DNA of 64,000 nucleotides from Lentisphaerae bacterium RIFOXYC12_FULL_60_16 (GCA_001803315.1 MHBQ01000151.1:13063-77062); one strand, 5' to 3'; counted from the first letter of the stretch, positions 1-10,173 are shown. The notes: a model not told the origin generated them from the sequence alone. A program made the numbers and translations.

Positions 1-843
1 AATACGGCCCGGGAAACCCCTTTTGAAATACCTCGCACATCGGCAGGAAGGCTTCGCGGAATCCGCCATGACCCCGTCACGCCGTCCCGTCGACCCGGAA
101 TCCTGATGCTGCACGGGTGGTCCGGCAATCGCCTGGGGCCGCATCGGATGTTCGTTCATCTGGCCCGGCAACTGGCGGAGGACGGGTGGCCCTGCGCACG
201 TATCGACTTTGCGGGACGGGGTGACAGTGACGGCCCAACCGCCGGAGCCGGGATTCCATACATGGTCCAGGACACGCTGGACACGGTGCATCACCTGGAG
301 GCCAACGGCTGGACAGCCACCGTACTGCTGGGCATCTGTTCCGGTTGCAAGGTGGCGCTTGGCGCTGCCAGCCGGCTACCCGGAACCCGCGGATTGATTC
401 TCTGGTCCCCCGAACGTATGGGATTCCTGGCAGAGACCTCCTCCGCCAGCCGCCGAACCCGGAACATCCTGCATACCTACCTCCGTAAAGCGCTTCGCCC
501 ATCCACCTGGATCAAATTGTTCAGCGGTCGGGTCCACATGAAAAGCGTATCACGCGCCTTATGGAGCCCCGAACAGGCATCCAAAGATGAACGGTCCCGG
601 GAATCGAAATGGTTACAGGACATTCCCCGCACCTTTTCCGGTCCAGCACTGTTGATTTTCGGATCGCAAGACCCCGACACCCCGTTCGCATCCACGGCGT
701 ATCCAGCATGGTTGAAACAGGCGGGGATTCCCTTTCACATGCACACCGTACTCGGAGCCAACCACAGTTTTTACGGCCTGGACTGGGAACAGGAAGTCCG
801 ACAGATCACCCACACCTGGTTAAACACCCACGGCAAACCGTAA
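1..843 (+). CDS. alpha/beta-fold hydrolase (5-prime end lies outside window)
   Basis: ORF 106..843 has the HG motif LMLHGWSG and a nucleophile-elbow-like GICSGC. The same frame is open with no stop back to nt 1 (...SRRPGILMLHGW), so the real start is upstream of the window. Confidence 0.75.
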   Translation, partial: NTARETPFEIPRTSAGRLRGIRHDPVTPSRRPGILMLHGWSGNRLGPHRMFVHLARQLAEDGWPCARIDFAGRGDSDGPTAGAGIPYMVQDTLDTVHHLEANGWTATVLLGICSGCKVALGAASRLPGTRGLILWSPERMGFLAETSSASRRTRNILHTYLRKALRPSTWIKLFSGRVHMKSVSRALWSPEQASKDERSRESKWLQDIPRTFSGPALLIFGSQDPDTPFASTAYPAWLKQAGIPFHMHTVLGANHSFYGLDWEQEVRQITHTWLNTHGKP

Positions 844-913
844 TTCCACTTGTTTGCCCGCCGCTTCTATCCCATCATACCGGCCTTGTTGAATTCACAC
901 CGGGAATCATCCT

Positions 914-1729
914 ATGCGGGAAAAAATCTCAGCGTGTATAACGGCAGGCAATGAAGCGGACAACATCCGGCGCTGCCTGGAAAGTGTCCGGTGGACGGAT
1001 GAAATCGTGGTGGTTGACAGTTTCAGCACGGATCAGACCGCCGAAATCAGCCGGGAATATACGTCCCGTGTTTACCGGCACAAGTGGCTGGGGTATATCG
1101 GTCAGAAGAACCTGATCAAGGATCTGGCTTCCCATCCCTGGATATTGTTCGTGGATGCCGACGAGGAAGTATCACCGAATCTCAAGAAGGAGATTCTCGA
1201 CGAATTCGATTCGGGACGATCCTTGAACATTGCCGGATATGCATTCCCCCGCACCGTCTGGTTCCTTGGACGCTGGATCAAACACGGGGACTGGTATCCC
1301 GACTATAAACTCCGTTTATTCCGCAAAGACAAGGGACAATGTGGCGGCAAGGAACCCCATGACCGGACCACGGTGGACGGCCCCGTCAAGCGGCTCAAAC
1401 ACCCCCTCCACCATTACACCTACCAGGACATCAACGACCAGCTCAACACACTGAATCGCTTCACCAACATCACGGTCGAGGGATGGAAAACCGAGCAGAA
1501 GCATTTCCACATCATTGACTTGTTGTTTCGTCCATTCCTGCGCTTCTTGCGTTGTTACATCCTGAAACTGGGATTCCTTGATGGCATTGCCGGGTTAGTG
1601 GTTGCCCGTAACACGGCTCATGGCGTGTTCATCAAGTATGCAAAATTATGGGAGAGCATCCATTTCCCTTCACCGGCCGGCGCTATCAAGTCCCCTTCGC
1701 CCACCGCATCCGAATCACCCACGAAATAA
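914..1729 (+). CDS. family 2 glycosyltransferase (LPS-core WaaE/KdtX-like)
   Basis: ATG at 914. N-terminus ISACITAGNEADNIRRCLESV...VVVDSFSTDQT and the DxD-like FVDADEE are typical of GT2. Confidence 0.85.
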   Translation: MREKISACITAGNEADNIRRCLESVRWTDEIVVVDSFSTDQTAEISREYTSRVYRHKWLGYIGQKNLIKDLASHPWILFVDADEEVSPNLKKEILDEFDSGRSLNIAGYAFPRTVWFLGRWIKHGDWYPDYKLRLFRKDKGQCGGKEPHDRTTVDGPVKRLKHPLHHYTYQDINDQLNTLNRFTNITVEGWKTEQKHFHIIDLLFRPFLRFLRCYILKLGFLDGIAGLVVARNTAHGVFIKYAKLWESIHFPSPAGAIKSPSPTASESPTK

Positions 1730-2462
1730 CCTGAAACCACGCGGAACGTCTTCCGCCCCTCGAAAAGGCTTGCGGTGACATGAACAGGGTCCGAAGCGAT
1801 TCGCCCGGCTGATCGGTATCGAAAACACCATCAAACGATGTACGATACACCCCGGATTCCAATTCCTGTCCGGCCAGGGGCAAGGGGTCTGATCCGGCCA
1901 ACACATTGAACCCCCGAGCCATCGCCCATCGCATCAGAGCCGGTTCCGGCCACCCGAACGGGCGCAGCCGGCTATCACACAACATGAGCGATCGAGGATC
2001 CACTGACTCCAGCAGGTGGCGTATGCATTCCCCTCGCCGCCCCCACCATTTGCCTGGAGCCCAGGCCAGCGCCGGTATGCCTCCCGCTTGTCGCACCTGT
2101 TCCAGTGTTTCCCCGAGGCTTTGCCCGGACACCAAATCCACATCCGTCAACCAGGCAAGCACCTCGATACCTTCTTCGGTAACCAGTTGCCGGCCCTGCC
2201 AACAAAACAGGCTACGCCCATCCGACGCCTCCAACCGGAGGGTCCGAGCAGACCCCGATCCGATCTGCCTGACCGTCCAGCCTGGCAGAGATTCCCTACC
2301 CTCCCGCAATCCGGCCACGAAATGGCAATCCTTCCGCTCAGCAAACAACACGCCGGTGACACATCCGGAATCCGGCTTCATATTTCGCATCAGGGATGTG
2401 ATCCACCGTGTCCGGTCATACCCGGGATATACATGCATATGGGCATCCAGAACTATTCGCAT
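1686..2462 (-). CDS. hypothetical protein, possibly a metal-dependent hydrolase (amidohydrolase/PHP-like)
   Basis: ORF 1686..2630. The internal ATG (CAT at 2460-2462) gives MRIVLDAHMHVYPGYD (HxH-type N-terminus), with LAGSDPLPL later. Amino-acid composition is normal, unlike the R/S/P-rich overlapping plus-strand ORFs. I do not recognise the family with certainty. Confidence 0.5.
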   Translation of the reverse strand: MRIVLDAHMHVYPGYDRTRWITSLMRNMKPDSGCVTGVLFAERKDCHFVAGLREGRESLPGWTVRQIGSGSARTLRLEASDGRSLFCWQGRQLVTEEGIEVLAWLTDVDLVSGQSLGETLEQVRQAGGIPALAWAPGKWWGRRGECIRHLLESVDPRSLMLCDSRLRPFGWPEPALMRWAMARGFNVLAGSDPLPLAGQELESGVYRTSFDGVFDTDQPGESLRTLFMSPQAFSRGGRRSAWFQVISWVIRMRWAKGT

Positions 2463-2678
2463 CGTTCCCCTCGCACCTGGTCTCGCTGCTGAAACCGGCA
2501 CTACCTTACCATGCCGGCATTCACAGACAATCCTTTCAATCGCATATTCTGACGGGTGCATCTCCGGATTTTTGCTTGCCCGGTGGAGCCGGCCCGTGTG
2601 CCGGGGCAAAGTATCCGATCTTTTCATCACCGTGGTTCTTCGATTGCGGCCGATCCATGAAGATGATATGGAAGTGTC

Positions 2679-3746
2679 ATGACAGTACGCGTGGAGAAAG
2701 CTGCCAGCCTGCGGTTAAGCCGTTTGTCGGAACACTTCCAGCATTGCCATTCCCTATTGATTGTTCTCCAGTACTTCCCCGATCCGGATGCCATTGCCAG
2801 CGCGATGGCGCTTAAACTGCTCGCTTACCGGTCCGGAGTCACCGGCATATCGGTGGCGTGCGGCAGTGCTCCCGGACGCGTGGAGAACCTCGCCCTGCTG
2901 CGTTACCTGAAGCTGAATCTCCTTCGTCTGGACCATCTTAATGCCAACCCTTTTGAACGAATCGCCATGGTCGATGCACAACCCGGGGCCGGGAATGCCG
3001 GTCTCCCCCCGGATCGTATCGCCGACATCGTCATTGACCACCATCCCATCCGGCACGAGACACGACAGGTCCCCTATCACGACATCCGCAGCCGATACGG
3101 GGCCACATCCACCATGTTGTGGGAATACCTGGAAGCCGCAGGTATCCGCCCGCCCATGCGGGTCGCCACGGCCCTGGCTTACGGCATTCGCTCCGACACC
3201 AGTGATTTCGGCCGGGATTCATCCGATGCCGACATCCGGGCGCTATCCTGTCTCTATCCCCTGGCAAACCTGCGACAACTCGGCCGGATAGTCCATGCCC
3301 CGCTGTCCCATTCCTATTTTCGCGTCATGGTAAAGGGCCTTTGCCAGGCACGCCAATATGGACGATGCACGATCACCAGTCTGGGCATCATACAGCATCC
3401 CGACAGCCTGGGGGAAGTCGCCGATCTGCTCCTCCGCGAACAGGGCATACGCTGGACCATGTGTCACGGGGTCTGGCGCAACCAACTGCTGATTTCCATC
3501 CGCACGGACGACGAACAGGCACATGCGGGAAGGTTGCTGCGACGGGCGGTAAACCGCCTGGGACATGCGGGAGGACATGCCGCCATGGCCGGTGCACAGA
3601 TCCCCTTGGAATCAGCCGGTGAAGCCGGCCCCCTGACCAGCTCGATCGAACGCCGTTTTCTTGTCCTGGTCAATGCGGGAAACCCGCAACCACGGCATCT
3701 CGTAACACCCGCATTCATTCGATCACTGCTACGAAAGGAACCCTGA
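2679..3746 (+). CDS. DHH/DHHA1 family phosphoesterase (NrnA-like nanoRNase/pAp phosphatase)
   Basis: Motifs PDPDAIAS, IVIDHHP, GIRSDTSDF and the DHHA1 motif GGHAAMAG. Confidence 0.85.
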   Translation: MTVRVEKAASLRLSRLSEHFQHCHSLLIVLQYFPDPDAIASAMALKLLAYRSGVTGISVACGSAPGRVENLALLRYLKLNLLRLDHLNANPFERIAMVDAQPGAGNAGLPPDRIADIVIDHHPIRHETRQVPYHDIRSRYGATSTMLWEYLEAAGIRPPMRVATALAYGIRSDTSDFGRDSSDADIRALSCLYPLANLRQLGRIVHAPLSHSYFRVMVKGLCQARQYGRCTITSLGIIQHPDSLGEVADLLLREQGIRWTMCHGVWRNQLLISIRTDDEQAHAGRLLRRAVNRLGHAGGHAAMAGAQIPLESAGEAGPLTSSIERRFLVLVNAGNPQPRHLVTPAFIRSLLRKEP

Positions 3747-3749
3747 ACC

Positions 3750-5147
3750 ATGTCCATTCAACTGACATTCCATGGCGCCGCCCAGACCACCACCGGATCC
3801 ATGCATCGTGTGGACATCAACGGAACCAGCATTCTGCTGGACTGCGGGTTGTTCCAGGGACACCGGAAGGAAGCATTCGAGCGCAACCGGAACTTTCCCT
3901 TCGCCCCGAAATCCATCGACCGGGTGGTGATCTCCCATGCCCATATCGATCATTCCGGCAACCTGCCCAGCCTGGTACGCAGGGGATTCACCGGCACCAT
4001 CCTGACCACCCCCGCCACCGCTGACTTGTGTGACATCATGCTGCGGGACTCCGCCTATTTGCAGGGAAAAGACGTGGAATATGTCAACCGCCGCCGTCAG
4101 GCCCAGAACAAGGTCCCATTCGAACCCCTCTATACGGAAGCCGATGTCGACCAGACCCTCTCCATGATACAACCCGTTCCCTACGGAAACCCCTTTGAAC
4201 TTGCACCCGGCACAACCGCCACCTTCCACGATGCCGGCCACCTTCTGGGGTCCGCGGTAACACTCCTGCAGTGTACCGACGGGGATAAGACCATCCGCCT
4301 GCTGTTTACGGGAGACCTCGGTCGTCACAACATGCCCATCCTGAACGACCCGGAACAGGTCCAGGACGTGGATGTTTTGATAACCGAGAGCACCTATGGC
4401 AGCCGCCTGCATCCCCCGATTGCGGATGTCATGGGAAGGCTCAAGTCCTTTATCGAGGACATTTACCACCAACACGCAAAACTGATCATTCCATCCTTCA
4501 GCGTCGGGCGCACCCAGGAGATCGTATACTTTCTCAATCAATTGTATAAACAGGGACGGACCCCGCCCGTCCCCATCTTTGTGGATAGCCCCCTTTCCAC
4601 ACGGGCAACGGAAGTTTATCGCAAACATCCTGAATGTTTCGATCCCGAGACATCCGATTTCCTGTTGAATGGACACCAGCCGTTCAATTTCCACAACTTG
4701 ACGTATGTAACATCCACCGAAGACTCCATGCGCCTGAACGAGCGCAAGGGCCCGGCTGTCATCATTGCGTCATCCGGCATGTGTGAAGGCGGCCGCATCC
4801 TTCACCACCTCAAGCATGGGCTTGGCAATGCCCGCAACATCGTCCTGTTTGTCGGATACCAGGCCGCCAACACACTGGGCCGGCGTATTGTTGAGCACGA
4901 AAGCCCGATCCGCATATTCGGGGAATCATACGAGGTTCAAGCCCGCATTCACACCATCAACGCCCTGAGCGCGCATGCCGACCGCCAGGAATTGATGGAT
5001 TACATCACGGGCATGGGCCGCCCGGTCCGGCAGGCTTTCGTCATCCATGGCGAATTGACCCAGTCCGAAACCCTGGCCCGGGCCATACGGGAATCCGGAG
5101 CCGGTGATGTGCGCGTTCCGGCCCCGGGTGATACGGTCACGCTCTAG
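3750..5147 (+). CDS. MBL-fold beta-CASP ribonuclease (RNase J/CPSF-like)
   Basis: HAHIDHSG metallo-beta-lactamase motif, ITESTYG, and C-terminal SAHAD (beta-CASP motif C). Starts 3 nt after the stop of the DHH gene. Confidence 0.85.
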   Translation: MSIQLTFHGAAQTTTGSMHRVDINGTSILLDCGLFQGHRKEAFERNRNFPFAPKSIDRVVISHAHIDHSGNLPSLVRRGFTGTILTTPATADLCDIMLRDSAYLQGKDVEYVNRRRQAQNKVPFEPLYTEADVDQTLSMIQPVPYGNPFELAPGTTATFHDAGHLLGSAVTLLQCTDGDKTIRLLFTGDLGRHNMPILNDPEQVQDVDVLITESTYGSRLHPPIADVMGRLKSFIEDIYHQHAKLIIPSFSVGRTQEIVYFLNQLYKQGRTPPVPIFVDSPLSTRATEVYRKHPECFDPETSDFLLNGHQPFNFHNLTYVTSTEDSMRLNERKGPAVIIASSGMCEGGRILHHLKHGLGNARNIVLFVGYQAANTLGRRIVEHESPIRIFGESYEVQARIHTINALSAHADRQELMDYITGMGRPVRQAFVIHGELTQSETLARAIRESGAGDVRVPAPGDTVTL

Positions 5148-6462
5148 GGCGCGGTCCGGAACGGCGCTGTTCCGGCTCATGACGACGGGGATGCGCCCCG
5201 TGGACCGGGAGATGATCGTGGGCTCCACGGCGGGACTCCAACGCCATGAGCCATTTCGACAAGGGTGCTGTCGGCCTTTCGTGGTCCGCCCGTGCAACAC
5301 AATCCATCAACACAACCGCTGCCCGTGCCCATTCCTGGTTCATCCATCGGCCGGCATGTTCCGGATCCGTTTCATTCACCAGGTGATGGATGGCCGGCAA
5401 AAGGTGCAGCAGTGAATAGAACAACCGTTTGGGAGCCTGATACCGTTCGAAAAACGGCTCAAGAACACCGGCTGCCGTTTCCGTACAATCATGTATCGAA
5501 GGCTCCGAACCACACTCCCTGAGACGTTGCGTATACACCCCATGGTACAAAACCCCCAGCAGGACCTCCGGCGAGACCAGGTCCACCTCCGGGGGACGGC
5601 TGTCCAGCGCACCCAGCAACCGCCAGCAGGCATCCTGCCGTTCCGGCGAGTCCTCAAGGAAATCCGCCAACTCCGGCATCAGTACGGACATCAACCCGGA
5701 CTGCAGCAAGTGACGGAAAGTCCCCTCCGATGACCGGGCTGCAAACAGACGGTACACCTCCTCAAGCAGGCGGGCCGTGGCTGCCTTCCGGATTTCTCCG
5801 GCATGCCGTTCAATCGCGATATAGGTGGCCGGTTCAATCTGGAACTTAAAGCGGGAGGCAAAGCGGACAGCCCGCATCATGCGAACCGGATCTTCCGGAA
5901 AGCGCACATCCGGATCCCCGATACACCGGACCAACCGCTTCTCAAGATCCGTCAAGCCTCCGACGTAATCGATCACATCAAAGGACCGGATATCGTAGAA
6001 TAGGCCGTTAATCGTGAAATCACGCCGCAATGCATCTTCCGCCGGTGTTCCAAACGTGTTATCCCGGTGTCGGCCACCTTCCGCCATCTGAATCGACCCG
6101 GCATCCGGCTCGCACCGGAACGTACTGGTTTCAATGACCTTGTCACCAAAGCGGACATGGGCCAGACGGAAACGGCGACCAACCAGGAAGCAATTCCGGA
6201 ACAGGTTCCGGATATCGCGGGGATGTGCGCTGGTCCCCACATCAAAATCCTTGGGGTGCAGACCCAACAGCAGATCGCGTACCGCACCCCCCACCAGATA
6301 AGCATCAAAGCCCGCCTGCTTAAGGCGGTACAACACGGTCAAGGCGTCGGGATCAATATTCGTCCGTGAGATGCAATGCTCGGAACGATGCCGGACAACA
6401 GCCACGGGACCCCGTGCTGCTCCTTCACACGCAATCGATTGCTGATCCGAATCACCATCCAT
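5137..6462 (-). CDS. pcnB: poly(A) polymerase I
   Basis: GGAVRDLLLGLHPKDFDV nucleotidyltransferase head plus LVGRRFRLAHVRFGDKVIETSTFR, which is typical of PcnB rather than the CCA-adding enzyme. ATG at 6462. Confidence 0.8.
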   Translation of the reverse strand: MDGDSDQQSIACEGAARGPVAVVRHRSEHCISRTNIDPDALTVLYRLKQAGFDAYLVGGAVRDLLLGLHPKDFDVGTSAHPRDIRNLFRNCFLVGRRFRLAHVRFGDKVIETSTFRCEPDAGSIQMAEGGRHRDNTFGTPAEDALRRDFTINGLFYDIRSFDVIDYVGGLTDLEKRLVRCIGDPDVRFPEDPVRMMRAVRFASRFKFQIEPATYIAIERHAGEIRKAATARLLEEVYRLFAARSSEGTFRHLLQSGLMSVLMPELADFLEDSPERQDACWRLLGALDSRPPEVDLVSPEVLLGVLYHGVYTQRLRECGSEPSIHDCTETAAGVLEPFFERYQAPKRLFYSLLHLLPAIHHLVNETDPEHAGRWMNQEWARAAVVLMDCVARADHERPTAPLSKWLMALESRRGAHDHLPVHGAHPRRHEPEQRRSGPRPRA

Positions 6463-6529
6463 GGAAAAAAGTTGGCCGGACCACCTGGAGGGGTCCGGCC
6501 AAGATTACCTCGCATCCAGATATCATGTA

Positions 6530-7042
6530 TCAACGAAAAAGGGCAAACTCCACCCGCCGGTTCTTAGCCCAAGCCGTCTCATTATGCCCGGCATCCAAAG
6601 GCTTCTCTTCACCAAAACTTCGCGTCTGAAGACGCTCAGCACCCACTCCGAGTCCTACCAAGTGAGCCCGTACCGCCTGGGCTCGCTGCTCACCCAGCGA
6701 GAGATTATACTCATTGCTGCCCCGCTCATCGCAATGACCTTCAAGCACACATACCACCTTGCGGTTCTGGCTCATGTAAACCGCCACCTGCTCGATTTTG
6801 CCGACCTCGGACGGTTTGATTTTGAAACTATCATAATCGAATGCAACGGTCTCGAAATTCACATCCGTAATGCGCTGCCCCATACTGAACAAATCGCGGT
6901 CACCCATCGGAATATCCTCCGGATCAACCAAATCCGGCTGAACCCCACCCGGCCCCGGTTTGCTGCGGCACCCACCCGCCAGGATCAAACCCGCCATTAA
7001 AATGCCAGCGGTCACAACACGAAAGGCACTGAATTTTGTCAC
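6530..7042 (-). CDS. pal: peptidoglycan-associated lipoprotein (OmpA-family)
   Basis: Lipobox LILAGGC, OmpA_C motifs EGHCDERGSNEYNLSLGEQRA and NRRVEF, GTG start, located downstream of tolB. Confidence 0.9.
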   Translation of the reverse strand: MTKFSAFRVVTAGILMAGLILAGGCRSKPGPGGVQPDLVDPEDIPMGDRDLFSMGQRITDVNFETVAFDYDSFKIKPSEVGKIEQVAVYMSQNRKVVCVLEGHCDERGSNEYNLSLGEQRAQAVRAHLVGLGVGAERLQTRSFGEEKPLDAGHNETAWAKNRRVEFALFR

Positions 7043-7078
7043 GCTTATACCCCCAGGAATATTCTGATTACGAAAACA

Positions 7079-8290
7079 TCACGGCGCCGACCAGTCGGGA
7101 GAGGTCCACTCCCCCTGTAAATTGCCGCACCGTACAGGTGGATCGCCCAAGGTGTCAAGGATATACAACTCACTCCGGTACGATTGCACACGTGCGCAGA
7201 TTAAATGCCGGCCATTGGGCGCCCAGGAGGGATCTTCATAATCCGCTCCATCGTTCGTCAAGACCTGCTCCCGGCTACTGGCGGGATCAATGACAACGAT
7301 TTGATACCGCCCCCCCCTCAAACTGCTGAAGGCCATGCGTCCATCCGGTCCCCAGTCCGGGTCCACGTTCTGCCCGCCAAGAAACGTTACCCGTTTCGGC
7401 GCCCCACCCGTGGCCACTATAAGGTAGACATGAGGTTTTCCCGCCATATCCGAAACAAATGCAATCTGGCGTCCATCGGGAGACCAGCTGGGCCCCGCTT
7501 CCGATGCATTCCGCGTGCGGGTCAGCCGCGTCAAGGCCCGGTCGGAAACCCGTAGCAGGTAGAGTTCCGGATTCCCGTCACGGGACAAAACCAACGCAAT
7601 CTGTTTGCCGTCCGGGGACATGCTGGCGCCTGAATTCATCCCGGCATATCCCGCTACCCGAATCCGGCTCTGGCTGGTCAGATCCAGACGGAACACATCC
7701 GGGAACCCCTTGTGAAACGAGGTGTAAAGGATACCCTTGCCATCCGGAGTCCATCGTGGTGAAAGCGCAACCGCACCATCACGGGTCAAGCGGACCAGCC
7801 CCCCCCCATCAGCGTCACAAAGGTGCAACTCCTTGGATATCCCCTGCTTGCCCAGCATCACGATCCGGCTCGAAGCAATTCCCCGAACCCCCTTCACGGC
7901 GAACACCATGTCATCGGCAACCTGATGCGCCAACCGACGCACACCCGTCCCGTTATCCTGGTACTTCCGGTTGAAATAGACCTGACCGGATTGTGCATTC
8001 CGGACACCGGCTTGCACGGAGAATGTCGGTGCCGCGGCGGTTTCATTTCCGAAAACCGCCACGGCGCCAGCTCGCCCGTCGGAAACAACGGTAAACCATC
8101 CGGATCGATCCAGATCGCCGGCAAGGGTGGCGCGAAACAATTGCGGGTCGGTCCCGTTCTTAAGTCCCAACGCATTCAAGTCGATGGTCGTCTTGATGGC
8201 TCCCGATTTGGTCACCACCAGATCCTGGGCATTGCCATGCCCGGCCAGGCAAAGGCAAGCCGCCACAATCACCACCTGCCATGTCTTCAT
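7079..8290 (-). CDS. tolB: Tol-Pal system beta-propeller protein TolB
   Basis: Signal peptide, then repeated SPDG/WSPDG/PDWGPDG beta-propeller blades. Lies between the tolA-like gene and pal. Confidence 0.9.
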   Translation of the reverse strand: MKTWQVVIVAACLCLAGHGNAQDLVVTKSGAIKTTIDLNALGLKNGTDPQLFRATLAGDLDRSGWFTVVSDGRAGAVAVFGNETAAAPTFSVQAGVRNAQSGQVYFNRKYQDNGTGVRRLAHQVADDMVFAVKGVRGIASSRIVMLGKQGISKELHLCDADGGGLVRLTRDGAVALSPRWTPDGKGILYTSFHKGFPDVFRLDLTSQSRIRVAGYAGMNSGASMSPDGKQIALVLSRDGNPELYLLRVSDRALTRLTRTRNASEAGPSWSPDGRQIAFVSDMAGKPHVYLIVATGGAPKRVTFLGGQNVDPDWGPDGRMAFSSLRGGRYQIVVIDPASSREQVLTNDGADYEDPSWAPNGRHLICARVQSYRSELYILDTLGDPPVRCGNLQGEWTSPDWSAP

Positions 8291-8293
8291 GTT

Positions 8294-8986
8294 TTATTCC
8301 CGGCTAATCTTGAATTCCACCGTCATACGACGATTGCGTTCAATAAAACCACGCGGCAATCCCGGAATGATCGACACCGAACGCACGGCCTGTAACACCG
8401 ATTCGTCAAGGGTCCCATTGCCCGATGACCGCACCAACCGGCTGGAAAGCAACCGGCCGTCATCCGCCAGCTGGATCTCGATCCAGGCTCCCGACATACC
8501 CGCCGACTCCGCCGACGGCTCCACCCAGGCGCCATAGAGAATCTTTCGGATTTGTTCCTTACCCTGGGTATCCTCGTCAGGTATGGAGGTAAACGTACCG
8601 GCCGTCGCACCCGCCATCAGGAGTTTGCGAACCTCCGCTTCGGTCATGGAATGACTGGCTTTCTTGACCGTTCCGGCACGTGCCGGGGCGGGTTTTGCGG
8701 TCACCGGTTTCTTGATCGTCGGTTTTGGAATGACCGGCTTGGCAACCGGTTTCACCACCGGATCGCGGGGCGCTCGAACCGAAGCTTCCACCAGGTTCGC
8801 CGGGGCGATCACATCGCCCGCCACTTCCACCACGAATGCCACGGGTATCGTCAGGGGCGCCTGGCGACGCATCCAAAGGCCCTGAATGCTGGATCCGGTT
8901 ATTATGGAAACGATCAACAGCAGGTGGACTACTGAAACATGGCGGAAGGTGCGCCCGAAATCAGATGGCATGACGGCCGTTGTCAC
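8294..8986 (-). CDS. TolA/TonB-family energy transducer
   Basis: One N-terminal TM segment, a Pro/Lys-rich linker (KPVAKPVIPKPTIKKPVTAKPAP) and a TonB_C-like C-terminus. The GTG start overlaps the tolR stop (GTGA). An alternative ATG lies at 8971. Confidence 0.7.
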   Translation of the reverse strand: MTTAVMPSDFGRTFRHVSVVHLLLIVSIITGSSIQGLWMRRQAPLTIPVAFVVEVAGDVIAPANLVEASVRAPRDPVVKPVAKPVIPKPTIKKPVTAKPAPARAGTVKKASHSMTEAEVRKLLMAGATAGTFTSIPDEDTQGKEQIRKILYGAWVEPSAESAGMSGAWIEIQLADDGRLLSSRLVRSSGNGTLDESVLQAVRSVSIIPGLPRGFIERNRRMTVEFKISRE

Positions 8987-9390
8987 GACTCTCCCTGCGT
9001 TATCAGCGCCATCTTGGTAACCTTGGCGGCATGCAGGATGTGCAACACCCGCACAACCGAGCCATAGGATATCGTCTTGTCAGCCCGGATCTGGACGGTA
9101 ACCGGTGTTGCGGACTTACCGACCTCATTCATCCTGGCCGTGAGATCCGCTTCCGAAATCATTTGATCCGCCAGGAACAATTGCCCCTTGTCATTCAGGG
9201 TGATCACCAACGCCGTATCCGGGGTCAGATCGGCAGCAGCCTCCTGGGGCAGGTTGACCGGAATCCCCTGTTCAAGCAGGGGAAAGGTGATGATAAACGT
9301 GATCAGCAACAGGAACGTCAGATCCATGAGCGGGGTCAGATTGATCTCGCTGATCTGTCGCAAGGCTATAAGGGGTGTACGTCGTCCCAT
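8983..9390 (-). CDS. tolR: ExbD/TolR biopolymer transport protein
   Basis: INLTPLMDLTFLLLITFI TM/ExbD signature, ~135 aa, in Tol-Pal context. Confidence 0.85.
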   Translation of the reverse strand: MGRRTPLIALRQISEINLTPLMDLTFLLLITFIITFPLLEQGIPVNLPQEAAADLTPDTALVITLNDKGQLFLADQMISEADLTARMNEVGKSATPVTVQIRADKTISYGSVVRVLHILHAAKVTKMALITQGES

Positions 9391-9420
9391 GGAAACGTCT
9401 ACATTCCGCCGCGCCGGTCA

Positions 9421-10173
9421 TCACGCCGACCGGTAGTGGCTTTCAAGGTCCGAAATCAATTCCTGGCAGAAATTATCCATTTCAACGGTCAAACCACGTA
9501 TACGATCCGTCAGCATATTATAACCGATTGAGGAGGGTAAGGCAACCAGCAAGCCCACCACCGTGGTCAACAGGGCTCCGGCAATACCGGGAGCAACCGC
9601 AGACAGCATAGCCGTTCCCTTGGTCACCATCTGGCTGAAGGCATCCATAACGCCCCACACGGTTCCCAACAAGCCAAGAAAAGGTGCCGCGGTCGTGGAG
9701 GTGGCAAGAAAACCCATGCTGGCTTCCATCAACAACGCCTGGTCGGCCATCGTACGCTCCGCCACGTTACGAATCCGGCTGATGGCCACCTCGCCAAGCT
9801 GGAACTGCGATCCGGACATGGCCCCCATGAACAAATCACCGGGATCAGCGCCACGCGCCTCGAGAACCGTTCCCAGGGCCGCACAGGCACGTTCGTAAAT
9901 CGGGTAAAGCGGACTGGCCTCATGCCGTTGCCGCTTGAGAAACAGGGATGCCGGATGCCCCTCCTTGCGATACGCCACCAGGAAACGTCGGGTTTGCTCC
10001 ACGGCCTTCAACATCGTCCGATACTTGGTAATCATGACCGACCAGGTGAAAATTGAACCGATAAAAAGAATAATGACGATCAGTTTGCCTGCCATACTCG
10101 ACGTCTGAAAGGCATACCAGGCACCACCATCCATCATGGCCAGTGGAGCAACCGCCAACCATTCGATATTCAC
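9421..10173 (-). CDS. tolQ: MotA/TolQ/ExbB proton channel protein
   Basis: Three predicted TM segments and the conserved LGLLGTVWGVMDAF motif. GTG start at 10173. Confidence 0.85.
   Translation of the reverse strand: MNIEWLAVAPLAMMDGGAWYAFQTSSMAGKLIVIILFIGSIFTWSVMITKYRTMLKAVEQTRRFLVAYRKEGHPASLFLKRQRHEASPLYPIYERACAALGTVLEARGADPGDLFMGAMSGSQFQLGEVAISRIRNVAERTMADQALLMEASMGFLATSTTAAPFLGLLGTVWGVMDAFSQMVTKGTAMLSAVAPGIAGALLTTVVGLLVALPSSIGYNMLTDRIRGLTVEMDNFCQELISDLESHYRSA

Noticed and set aside
1906-2682. A 258-aa plus-strand ORF overlapping the minus-strand hydrolase-like gene.
   Set aside because: Its composition is R/S/P-rich with no recognisable motifs. The minus-strand product has normal composition and an HxH N-terminus.
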